Positions 1 to 11,877 of a stretch of 64,000 nucleotides of DNA are shown one piece after another; within the stretch, counting starts at the first letter, position 1; each line of letters starts with the position of its first letter. A model generated the notes under the pieces. That model saw only the letters and a program-made list of their open reading frames with translations. It had not been told where the DNA came from and ran no database searches. The stretch is taken from contig CM059433.1 in NCBI GenBank assembly GCA_030390025.1, forward strand, positions 1,240,001-1,304,000, written 5' to 3'. The position numbers were made by a program, and so were the translations under genes. This DNA comes from Squalus acanthias (Eukaryota).

Positions 1-296
1 GCAGGTCTTGAGGACATAAACTAGGCTGACCCTTCTGTAATGTACTGAGGGATTGCTGCAAACAACAGTATGTCAAAGTGCCATATGAATTCCCTGTCGA
101 TCTGAGTGGAGAAAAAAAGTCATCTATAAGCATGCAGGGGCAACCTATTAGAATGTTCTCGACAGCATTGACTTACTGTATACAATACCTTGTAAGTCTA
201 CTGCGCAAAACGGGAATCAAGGGATAGAGTTGCCAAGAAGTCTAAAATTAATTGGGCCCTCACCCAAAAATAATCTAATTTTATAAATGCACTCTG

Positions 297-442
297 ATGG
301 GGAGCCTCACCCGCCAGGAGCAGATATCAGGAAATCAACGGGCATAATCCACACAACTTTCCGTTCATATGGACTAACAATTGTGCGGATCGCGCCTGTG
401 ATTTCCTGCCGTGTGCTCTTGGCAAGCTAGGCTCACTGCCAG
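297..442. repeat. Old fold-back (MITE-like) inverted repeat
   Basis: Arms caggaaatcaacgggcataatccacacaa and ttgtgcggatcgcgcctgtgatttcctg are imperfect reverse complements; pairing extends outward to gagcct/aggctc. Confidence 0.5.
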
Positions 443-469
443 TAGCACGCATCGTAAAACTGGTCCAAA

Positions 470-563
470 AATATTAACCTGTCTTTCTCTTTCAGATGTT
501 GACTAACCCGTTGCATATTTCCAATACTTGCTGTTTTTATTTCTGATTTCTAGCACCCACAAT
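470..563 (+). mobile_element. Degenerate fragment of a Penelope-type terminal repeat (family 2)
   Basis: ttaacctgtctttctctttcagatgttgact...tttccaatacttgctgtttttatttctgatttctagca resembles the reverse complement of 26133-26235. Confidence 0.55.
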
Positions 564-954
564 CGCTTTATCTCTCAGGTATTCAGGAAAGCCTGCAAAA
601 CACATCTGTCAAACATTCCCATTGACATTGAGGCATTTACACTTAATGAAATGAATGCATTTTTTTCTTAACGTTATACACCATAGTACTAAAAGACAGT
701 ATCCAGTTTATTGTAACCGCCCTATATGGTGGAGTAAAGGCTTATCACAGCAGGTCCTAAACTCAGGACTTTTATGTATTACATTTTTGTGAACATTAGG
801 AATTTATAAACCAGTTCAGATCTGTCTTCCTTTTACCTGTCTACTATACCTAAAACGGAACAGCTTCAGGCTATCTTAAGCTACTTTTGTAGAAGTATCA
901 AGTGAACCTGCTTTCGTTAATTAAAAAACTCCTGTTTTCTACCCAGAGTACAAT

Positions 955-1576
955 GGGGTAGATATTGCACTTCAATGACCAAATTTTGGGGGCCAGCATC
1001 CCGTGCCCTAAGGACGCGTGAATGACGTCTGACCTGATCATGGGCTGGGCCATTTTTCAGGTGTCCCCCGGCGTCCGCCTAAAACAGACGTTCGGTCCTT
1101 TACATATGTAAATGGGGGGCCAAATGACAGTTTTAGCCCCCCCCCCCTCTCCCTGGCCCCCGCGCCCATCTCTGCTAAATTGGATTCCGATGAGTGGAGC
1201 AGGCTTGGGATTCTTCAGTGGTCGCTGTGGTTAAGCAGCGACCACCACCAAAAGGTACGTCTTTTTTCAAATGTTATTGTGGAACCAGGCGAAGCAGGAG
1301 TGCTCAATTCGACTCAACGGTACTCATGATTGCCCCCCATATTGCTGCTCCCCCAACACAGGACTTACCTTAGGGCCACTACCGGTGAGGCAGGCGGACC
1401 CCAATTTCATCTACTTACAATGCATGGGCTGCCTGTGGAGGCGCGAGCGACAGGCGCCGGCAGCTCGCCTGAGTAATGTGTATGAGTAATGGGCTCGGGC
1501 CTTCCGGTCCGGCCACGCACTGGTGGCGCACCATTGGTTATGAGCATGAGAACAGGCCATAACCAGTTTCTACCCC
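955..1576. mobile_element. Harbinger-type MITE
   Basis: Termini ggggtagatatt / agtttctacccc; imperfect 3-bp flanks aat/tat; GC-rich body with a central tttacatatgtaaa palindrome. Confidence 0.65.
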
Positions 1577-4500
1577 TATATGCATTCCTATGTATCGCAT
1601 AATATCAACTGTGAAATATCAATACTCTGTAAATTGCAATGTAAGGGTTCCGGATTTTCATTTCAAAAAGGTTGACTACAATTTGTAAGCAGACTTATTT
1701 CCTGCTCCTACTAATAGAGACACATTTTAGGCACTAATACTGGCAGATGCTACTTAACTGTGTAATAGTATACAATTAACTCACCCAGGGGTGTCAACAA
1801 ACAATGAAGTAACAAAAGGCAACATTGCCACTTATTTGGCCATTTCTTTACCTTGACGTGGTTAACAGATTGGGTGATGGAAGAGCGATGTGGAAAGTGA
1901 CCAAACTCTGCAGTCACTTAATTGTAGCATCTTTTAATCAATCCCCAAAAGTGTTTCCTTCACACCCTTCATAGTTGCATGATAAACAAATATTGGATAA
2001 TATGTGGCTAGCAGTATGACACTAACAATATAATTTCCTTTGGCATCGCATTGTTTAATGTGCATGTTTAAAATTGTCTTGTGCACTATTTTAACACAGT
2101 TGTTCACTGTTTATTTTTAAATAACACACATGTGAATTTTACCCGAACAACTTGATGAGTACACTCCCAAAGGACATTAAACCCTTAGCTTTGATTTCCT
2201 TTACAGAAAGAGCAATTCAATAAATATCCCACATGAAATAAAATGTTATATAACACAAAACCATTCCATTTTCCATTTATTTGTTCTTTTTTACTTCTCC
2301 CACTTTTTTTTCCAGGCTGCTGTGCCAAGGCTCCCACCTGATTCAGGCAGGAACATCGTACATTTATGCAACTTGGGGTCCTATGACGTACAGGTAAGGT
2401 AAGTGTTAAACTTTCCTTTCTGGGACCAGGATTTGATATTTCCTCGTCCATTTTTTGAGTGGCCTCCACTGGTCCCTTTAAGGACCATTGGCGAGGCTGC
2501 TCAACATCTTGCTCAAATAAATGGAGAGTGTACCTGAAAATTTCAATCAGGGTCCTCTAACCAAGGGGAAGGGAAAGGTAGGCTTCATGAGAGGTAAAGG
2601 AGCTCTGCAGTGGACCAAGCATTGATGGTGAAGGGTATACTGTTATTGTGGTGATGAAATGTATTTAGTGCTTTTGAAAAGAGACCACTAGCTTCCTCTA
2701 AGCACCTCCAGCTTGTAGGCATGCCAATGAAACGATGGACCCGCATATCCTTGTGTGGAGGGAAGATGCCAAAGTACATGTGGAAATGGTGTAGACACTC
2801 TTACAACTTTCCATTGTTCGATGCTAATGTATCAACTATAATACATACAGCCGTGCTCAACTGTTTCTTGGAAGAAGTAACTGTCAAGACTTACCCTGCC
2901 CATCCTCATCGGGTCATTAAATTTCTAACTGCACTTTATGTTCCTCTGGGATTTCCAAGGCCTCACCAAATGGGCAGATCTGAGTCTGCACCTACAATAG
3001 ACAGTAGTGGTTAATCTGCGGTAGCGATCTAATCTCTAGGAATCTATAATGGAGGCTGGCAAATGGTGTTTGAAAATAGTCCATCCATCCATCTAGTTTA
3101 GATTGAAGCTTAGTAGGTGGGTTTCATTTGTTACCTGTTTGATTCCTGGGAATTGATTCAGGGCGGTGATACATGTCTTATGGCTATGATCCATCCATCT
3201 AACTCCTGGTTTGCTACCCAGGTGAGAGCTAGGGAACTTTATGGTAGTCATGAATGTGTATGACATGAAAGGCAATTCAAAACGTTGCAGCAGAACAGCT
3301 TTCAAACTCAACTTTGTAAGGACCAGAATTTGGAACATAAAATACAAATGCTGATGAGAACTGATTAATTGTTATCCACGGCACACGCAACTGAGTTGTT
3401 TCCATTTCAGAGAGATCTATTTTGTCAAGTTTGATTATTTGGAAAGTATTTCTTACTTTCATTTTCAATCAATTCTTTTTCATTCCTTGATGTCCCCAAA
3501 TTGTCATAAAAATGTTTTCATTAATTTAGGAGGCTGCAGATTGAAACAGATTTCATAATTGATCTCATTGAATAAATGTAACAAATATAAATGACATTGT
3601 CTACAAGATGTGCCCATGGATGATTCCAATGTTCATCACCAACCATTACACTGGACAGGGACAAAAACCTATCAATTATAGAGAGCTGGACATTGATGGA
3701 GTGCCGTCAACAACAGTCGCATCTTGCTCCTGCCATCAATGGTACTTTTTAATATAAATGACCTAATCTGGAAATCTAACAACGTCAGAGACCCACATTT
3801 TTGTGAGGTGCCATCAAGTCCCCAATTAAAACTGAAGGTGGCTCCCCTCCCTTGTGTCCCTGGCCTTGAGTTGGAGCAACACCCAAAAGAAAAGTAAATA
3901 GGAAAGGGCAATGCATGGAAGATGCAGGTCTCCATTTGAGCGCTGCTCCATTTTATAATGTAAAGGTGCCAATGGATTGGGTAGTGTTGTTATTAAACTT
4001 ACTGTACCAGTTTCATATTATCTTCATGGTCCGATGACGACATGGACGCAGTGCAAAGCTTTTGGGCCAATTATCTTGGGCACGAGCCTGATATTTGATG
4101 CGAAGTGTCACAGCACTCTGTATTCAGGTTTGATTTGAATGAAGAATCAATGCAGCTTGTTTTGCTACAATAAGCATCGTAAACATATGTACATATGCAG
4201 CTTGCCATGGTGACCGAACATGCATGAGAACCAATTATTGTTAAACCAAAACAGGGGATAAAATAAAATCTACATTAAAACAGATTTTGCTGACATGTGG
4301 AGATGGTTTACTGTCAAGAATAAAATATTTTTAAAAAAGCTTGTTTTGAGTCTACCACTTGAATCCAAGTAAAGGGGAGCACGAGTTTTTAAGGAGATGC
4401 CAAGCTGTCGTAAAATTGACCCAATCTATGAGGTTGAGTTCAATAGTTTTGAGAGCAGTCAAACCCACAGGTACCATGAAACATTTTCTTGGCAAAGGCA

Positions 4501-5184
4501 ATGTAGAGATGCCAGCTGCAAGCTAATTCCAGGATAGCCCAAGACCACCTTTTAGAGGTAGTCTTATTAACAAGCACACCCATTAGCTTTAGACATGTTT
4601 TTTGAGGGGCAGTGTTACCCCACAAAATCAGTCCCGAGCGCATTGGTCAATTCTGATTTACAGCTCACCTCAACCTCAAAGCTTTGCCACTTTTACTCAG
4701 AGCTTCTGCTAAGAATCTCAGGAATATTCATAAATGAATTCTTTATGTGAGAAGATTACATAAATAATACTTCTGTTTAGTAGCATATTCTACGAGATCA
4801 CAGGTAGAAATGTCAACACTGAGAATGTTTGAAGTGCCTTTTAGAATCAGCAAGAGTGGCACATATTGAAACTACTTCAAAATGTGGAGCTGCGATTATT
4901 TTTTAAGAGTGACATACATCAAAAAAACACAATCTTAAATTAGAATGAGAAGTTGTTGCTCTGTGAGTGACATTTAGCAAGTCTCTCCTAGATTAAATGA
5001 TCCAACATCTGCCTGTTTTTGATCCACCCTAAACTTCATAACCATTCTCAGAGCAATAACTACAATTTACTCATCCATAACACCCCCTTCATCAGGACCT
5101 CAGGGTGAGCCACATCCCAAAGTTCCCATGTCTGTGCCTCTTTGCTGTGAACCAGAACATGAACTGGACAAGATTATTTATCAC

Positions 5185-5420
5185 TGCCTGATGCAAATGC
5201 TGGTTAGTGAGCTTGAAAAATTCTAGGATTGGAATGCGATTTAATTTTTTTATTTTGTTTTGTATTCCACCAGCCTGAGGTGAATCCTATTTGTTTCAGG
5301 TCCACCCTTAAAAGCATGTGAAGGTGGATCAAATGTCGTGCTATTTGCATGCGAGGGCCTGGATGGTAATCAGCTGTGAATTCACAACAAATGCAAATGC
5401 GCAGCTTTAATGCAAACGAG
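5185..5420. promoter_or_regulatory. Candidate POU/octamer enhancer-like cluster
   Basis: Perfect octamers ATGCAAAT (5191, 5391) and ATTTGCAT (5343), a near-match ATGCAAAC (5410) and an E-box CAGCTG (5371), in sequence I could not assign to a repeat. Confidence 0.3.
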
Positions 5421-6696
5421 GCTATAGAGAGAGGGCTTGGAGATCTCAGCTGGAGTCCGCTGCCCACTCAGCCCAACAACAACAAACCCAGGCTCATGTG
5501 TCAATTCCTATCCATCACCCTGAGATATGCTGTGAATATTGCCTTTTGTACTTATCCACATTCTTTCACGCATTATGCATTGACTGCTAAGGGATTTAAA
5601 GGCTCATTTGCAAAAATCTTTTGTCAGTGTCCTTGGCATAGAATGGGAGTCTGACAGCTCCGATGTCTAGTTAATTCCTGGGAGCTCCTGTGGGCAAAAC
5701 TACATATATAATCTTCCCTATGTTATCATTTCCACGTACTGTAGACTGTCAGCTGTAAAGAGGGCCTCCAGCCTTTATCAACCCCACCTGTCTCAGTGGT
5801 TTAGAAAACTAAAAGGTAAAAATGTGGCCAGCGACTATGGTGCAGTTACAGTATCTCTCAAACCGTGTCAGATTCAGGTCATCTTCATAAATTTCAAATC
5901 CTCCAGCCACTGACGTCTGTGTGTGTGTGAGTGTGTGTGTGTATATGTTGGAGGACTTGAAAACAAGGACTGTCAGGCAGACAGTGAGCATACTGCAGTG
6001 ATGTTCAAATTAAGCCAAATTGAAAAATGTTCGTTTCAGAAGATTAGTTTTCAAAATTCCTCCCCGTCGCTACTTAATTGTGAAGCAGCTGGGAAGTGCT
6101 CGGCACTCAAAGGTCAAGACTGTTTCTATCTGCTCTAAATGTGTCATGTACCGACGGCTGCTCTAGTGACAGACAATTCTGGCCTCAGTCCTGTTCTGTG
6201 TAACAGCAACACAACTAATGGAGGGAGACGCTTTTCAATTGCATTCACAAAATAGTTCCCCTTGATTTAGTCAACATTTTATTTATTTTTTAATTACACT
6301 TCTCTTTTTCCTAGGTTGCCACTAAAATTAAAAAGGATCAGGATAAAATAACGACCGATATTAAAAAAGGAACAATCTACGTTCGCGTATCCTGCTCTAC
6401 ATTCCAATGGAAAATAAAAGGAATGGTGTAACATAAAAGCTCAGTGCCCAGGGCGGCCTGGAGATGCAGGGGGTTGCTGTACTGACACTGATTCATGACC
6501 CTTGTGATTCCCAGTCTCAGTCAGGTTGTTGGGAAGGAAACAAATGGAGATTAGCCACTCCCCCACAGGGGAAAAGGATAAATTGGTGGGTGAATCTCCC
6601 GGATTGCTGTTGTGCAGCTCTTCAGGAAAATGAAGTGTTCTCAAGGCTGCAGTCAAGACTACCTGATAGTGCTGTTGGGTGCCACCCACCCATAGA

Positions 6697-7140
6697 GGCC
6701 ATCACCCCTGTGCTCGCTGACCTACATTGGCTCCCGGTTAAGCAGCGCCTCGATTTCAAAATTCTCATCCTTGTTTTCAAATCCCTCCATGGCCTCGCCC
6801 CTCCCTATCTCTGTAATCTCCTTCAACCCCACAACCCCCCGAGATATCTGCGCTTCTCTAATTCTGCCCTCTTGAGCATCACTGATTATAATCGCTCAAC
6901 CTTTGGTGGCCGTGCCTTCTGTTGCCTGGGCCCTAAGATCTGGAATTCCCTGCCTAAACCTCTCCGCCTCGCTCCCTCTCTTTCCTCCTTTAAGACGCTC
7001 CTTAAAACCTACCTCTTTGACCAAGCTTTTGGTCACCTGCCCTAATTTATCCTTATGTGGATCGGTGTCAAATTTTTTGTCTTAAAATACTCCTGCGCAG
7101 CGCCTTGGGACGTTTTACTATGTTGTTGTTGTTGTTGTCT
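6697..7140 (+). mobile_element. L2 LINE 3' end
   Basis: Translates as ITPVLADLHWLPVKQRLDFKILILVFKSLHGLAPPYL...FKTLLKTYLFDQAF (L2 ORF2 C-terminus), followed by a 3' UTR ending in (tgt)n. Confidence 0.9.
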
Positions 7141-7509
7141 TCCCACTGATGGACCACATAGATCTTCCCATATCTGTTGTTACTGGTGCACCCCACAAAG
7201 TAAACATAAAATGACACAGCTACTGGTGGTTAAGGGCAGGGCAGCAGTGTCAGAGGTTGGGAGGAGGTCACTTTTGCCTACATAATAACCGTCAACAACA
7301 ATAACTTCCACCAATGGTGGAGCGAGTGACGAGAGGTGACGTACAAAAGGCCGGAGTAAGCGGAAAAGAGAGTTTGGGGTGCTTAAAGATCTGGAGAAGG
7401 TTGTGGAGATCGGATAGGGTGATGCAATGGGGAGAGTTAAAGACATGAATGGAAATTTAAAATTTGAGAATGAGTTGTTGCCTCCAAAATCAGTGCCCAG
7501 CTTTCCCGC

Positions 7510-9320
7510 AACTTCATGTTTAAACCCCTCCAATCAGGTTCACACCCCTGCCACAGCACTGAAATATCCCTTATCAAAGTCACAAATGACATCTTTTGTG
7601 ACTGTGGCTGTGATAAACTATCTCTCCTCTCCTCTCCTCGACCTTCTCGACCTGTCTGCAGCCTTTGACACAGTTGACCATAAGATCCACCTCCAACTGG
7701 GTGGGACTGTCCATTCCCATCTATTCAGTCATAGCCAGAGAATACGTTCTCTTCCCACCCTTGCACCATCACGTCTGGTGTCCCCAAGGATCTATCCTTG
7801 GCCCCCTCCTATTTCACATCTACATGCAGCCCCTTGGCGACATCATCTGAAAACATGGCAGGTCCCACATGTACGCTGACAACACCCAGCTCTACCTCAC
7901 CAGCACCTCTCTCGACCCTTCCACTGTCTCTGATTTTGTCACACTGCTTGTCCGACATCCAGTATTGGATGAGCAGAAATTTCCTCCAATTAAATATTGG
8001 GAAGACCAAAGCCATTGGGCTGGATTTTGTGAATGGAGACGAGCTGCAGGCGGGACTGCTGCTTGTCAGGTCTCAGTCCCGCCTCCATCATGTTCTGGCC
8101 AACCAGTGGGATTTTCCCCTGATTGACCTTGTTAAACCCGCCCTGCGGGCTCAGCAGGCCAATTAGGGGGAAGTCACTGACAGAGCACGTCAACGTCTGA
8201 CGTGCCACCTGTCAACATCTGACGTGCCACCTGTCAAGACTTCTTGAAAGAAGAAATGTCAGTGTTTGACAACTCTGTGAAGCTGTCAAACACTGTCATT
8301 CTGTGTAGTTTGATGAGTCCTTGTGTTCAGGACTCATCAAACCCTTCAACTTTGTAGAAAGCAGATGACTGTTGGCTCGGAGGATCCAACAGCCAGACTG
8401 TGAAATCTACAATGAAGATGTCGGGAGTCCGGATCCAGCGCGGCTGAAGGCTGTAGGCAGAAACCAAGGTAAGTGAACATTTTCTAACACTTAACACTCA
8501 CCTTACATACTTACCAATCCACACTTGCACCCATCACTCACCTCTACATCTCACTTTCAGGCCCTTCCGACCCCCGCAGACCTCCTTCACGACTCCTCCA
8601 ACCCGGCGGGGTTCTCCGAGGTCGGGAAGCCTTCACCTGAAAAGGTAAAATGGGACTAATCCTTTTTTCTGCCTGTTCACTACCTGTTAACAGGCAGTTA
8701 AAAGGATTTAATCCCTTTCCCGCCTCGAGGAGATGGGACCCAGGGCAGGACGGCTTCCCACCTCCTGGCAAAAGGGCATGGAGACGGGATGGGGGTGGGT
8801 TTGCATGCCGCCCCCACTTTCTGCAACTTTACCGGCAGTCCCGCCTCCATACCCGCCTCCTCGGGGCTGAGAAAATCCAGCCTGTTGTCTTTGGTCCCCG
8901 CCACAAACTCCGTTCCTTAGCCACACTTCTCCCTGGCAACTGTCTGAGGCTGAACCAGACCATTCACAACCTTGGTGTCATATTTGACCCTGAAATGAGC
9001 TTCCGACCACATATCCGCTCCATCGCCAAGACCGCCTATTTCTGTTTCCGTAACATCGCCCGTCTCCGCCCTTTCCTTGGCTCATCCGCTGCTGAAACCC
9101 TCATCCTCTAGACTCGACTATTCCAATTTTCTCCTTGCTGACCTCCTACCTTGCACCTTCCATAAACCTGAGTTCATCCAAAACTCTGCTGTCCATGTCC
9201 TAACTTGCACCGAGTCCCGCTCACCCATCACCCCTGTGCTCGCTGACCTACATTGGCTCTCGGTCTGGCAACGCTTCGATTTCAAAATTCTCATCTTTGT
9301 TTTCAAATCCCTCCATGACC
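7510..9320 (+). mobile_element. L2 LINE RT fragment, interrupted by a MITE at 8017-8883
   Basis: Motifs LLDLSAAFDTVDH, PQGSILGPLLF, YADNTQLY, LQLNIGKTKAI; resumes after the MITE as VFGPRHKLR...NLGVIFDPEMSF...SRLDYSN...LHWL. Confidence 0.9.
8017..8883. mobile_element. Harbinger-type MITE inserted in L2
   Basis: TIR gggctggatttt / aaaatccagcct; 3-bp flanks att/gtt; removing it restores the L2 sequence aaagccattgtctt. Confidence 0.85.
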
Positions 9321-10040
9321 CTGATAATAATGGGAAGGTGGGAAGAGTCCGGGGGTAGATTTAGCTGCTGGGCAACTCTGAAATATAGGTTTCCCAGAGG
9401 TCCTGCTTAATATAACAGCAGGACCTCATTTAAATTTTTCATATTGGTTTCCCAACCGCAGCCAGCCAGATAGGAGAGGCTGTCTGGCTGTCTGGCTGTC
9501 TGGCATTTCTTGGCCAGTCTTCTGACTCTGGAAAGTTAAATCTGACTGTTGTGAAGAAGGTTTTGCTGGTGTTACGCTGTTTTCCGCAGCCATCTCAACA
9601 GTTTGGCAACAGTCATGTCTGGTCTGCTGGGTCTTCCTTTGGGCTGGAGGAGGAGGGGCCTCCTGACAGCAGAGAGCGGGAGCAGCGGCCACAAGGGGGA
9701 GGAGGAGGAGGAGGAGGGCACTGCGCAGGAGGCCATACTTACAGCGGGTCTTCAGGGAGGACTTCCCCTACATGAACTTCTCGGAGGAGCTGTGTATGAG
9801 GCGCCTTCACTTGACAAAGTCGGCTGTCACTGAGCTATGTCACCAGCTGCAACCACAACTACAGCCTTGCACCAGAACATGGACAGCACTGCCTGTGGCT
9901 CATCGCTCTTAACTTATGTGCTAAATTCACAGCTCCTTTCTGGCTGCAACTGGCGACATCAGCGACATATCAAAATTCACAGTCCACCGCTAAATCAGAG
10001 AGGTCTCTGAAGCTCTGCACCAAGAGGAACAATTACATCT

Positions 10041-10489
10041 GTGGCTCAGTGGGTAGCACACTCGCCTCTGAGTCAGAAGGTTGTGGGTTCAAGTCCCACT
10101 CCAGGGACTTGAGCACATGGAAGCTAGGCTGACACTCCAGTGCAGTACTGAGGGAGTGCTGCACTGTTGGAGGTGCCGTCTTTCGGATGAGACATTAAAC
10201 CGAGGCCCCGTCTGCCCTCTCAGGTGGACATAAAAGATCCCGCGGCACTATTTCGAAGAAGAGCAGGGGAGTTATCCCCGGAGTCCTGGCCAATATTTAT
10301 CCCTCAACCAACATAACAAAAACAGATTATCTGGTCATTATCACATTGCTGTTTGTGGGAGCTTGCTGTGCACAAATTGGCTGCTGCATTTCCCACATTA
10401 CAACAGTGACTTCACTTCAAAAGTACTTCATTGATTGGAAAGCGCTTGGTTGTGAAAGGCGCTGTAGAAATGCAAGTCTTTCTTTCTTT
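10041..10489 (+). mobile_element. Full-length DeuSINE (SacSINE1-like) inserted in the transposase
   Basis: tRNA-derived head (gtggctcagtgggtagc ... gggttcaagtccc), Deu-type core, tail gaaaggcgctgtagaaatgcaagt(cttt)n; TSD catct at 10036-10040 and 10490-10494. Confidence 0.9.
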
Positions 10490-10801
10490 CATCTTATTCT
10501 CCATGGACGAAGTGAATCAAGACAAGAAAGCATTGAGCTTCGCCCACATTGCAGTCTTTACCAGGGTGCAAGCTGTTAGAGACTGTACTCATATTGCCTT
10601 GAATTCTCCCCATCACCAGCCTGGCACCTTTGTCAATAGAAAGGGATTCTACTTCCTCAATGTCTAGCTGATTTGTGACCACAAGCAGCACCATGCAGGT
10701 CTGTACCCGGTTTCCTGGCAGCAGTCATGACTCGCTCGTCCTCTGTGCCGCCGATATTCCAGCCAGGCAATCAGGTTACAGGCTGGCTACTGGGAGACAA
10801 G

Positions 10802-11605
10802 GGGGGAAAAACTAGGTATTGCCCATTTTGGGGCGCTAATATCGACCGGGCGCAAAGTTTAGCGCCTGGTGCTAATTATCGACTTCGACTGCAAAATTCG
10901 CCTCTATCGCCCCTGGAGGTGATTTGAGCGTTAAATCAGGCGCTACACACCTCTCTTAAGGCGCTAACATCGGGGAGCGAGGCGCTACCTCAGAACGCTA
11001 CCGAAGCTCAGGCGATGTCCGTTACCATGGAAGCCAGACAGACTGGCGCCGTCCAGTTCTTAAAGGGGAGGGGCCATCTTGCTGGCCAGCCACACCCTGC
11101 TCATTGCAGCCTGGAATCTCGGCCTGGAGCGACCTCGAAAGCAATTGTGTTCGAAGCACTAATGGACAGGCCCAGGGAAAGAGCTCGGCGCTTAGGAACC
11201 TCAAAAGTGGTGCTGAGGGCCAAAACTCCTTAGGACAGTGCTAAAACCAAAAATTTTGCCGACAAGAAAAGGCAGGAAGTGCCCGCCTTTAAATAGCGCT
11301 CCCCCAACCCCTTCCTGACTTGAAAACATTCCCCTCTACCTGTCGTTCCTAGCGGCAGGCGCCAAGGCAGGGGGCGCGACTCAATATCCGGTCCGGGGCG
11401 CTACCGGGGCGTTGCACGCTCGACTGACGTCACGATCTGCGGGCGCAGGAGATCGTGGCGGTAGTATTTAGCACCGCTGCAAAATGACTGGTCAATTTCG
11501 CGAGCAGTGCTAAAATCGCCGCGCTCGGGCGCTAAGTACCTAGCGCCCCGTTGGCGCCCCCCGGAGGCGCTAACAGGAGGCGCTAACCAACCAAATTTTT
11601 CCCCC
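10802..11605. mobile_element. Harbinger-type MITE inside the transposase DKGY motif
   Basis: TIR gggggaaaaa / tttttccccc; exact TSD AAG (10799-10801, 11606-11608); removal restores GAC AAG GGC TAT (D-K-G-Y). Confidence 0.9.
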
Positions 11606-11877
11606 AAGGGCTATTCACACCAGACATGGTTCCTAACTCCTGTCAGGTACCAGGGCACAGTTGCAGAGTTGGCCTACAACAAGAGTCATGTTGTCACCAG
11701 AAACACGATTGAATAAACAAAAGATATGTTCAAGAAACACTTCCAATACATGAACTGTTCTGGAGAAGCTGAGCAGTGCAGCCCTCAGTGAGTATTCAGA
11801 ATTGTGGTTGTCTGCTGAATGCTCCATCGCTTTCCCATCATGAGGAATCAGCCCTTACCATCACCTGGGCCGCAAGA

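Noticed and set aside
6464..7045. 193-aa host gene
   Set aside because: The C-terminal part is L2 ORF2 and the N-terminal part is unrecognisable read-through.
10041..10110. tRNA gene
   Set aside because: The A/B-box-like head continues into a SINE core and tail and recurs in several copies; it is a tRNA-derived SINE head.
10490..10800. Host HARBI1 gene
   Set aside because: In-frame stops, frameshifts, nested TEs and other decayed copies indicate transposon remnants, not the domesticated gene.
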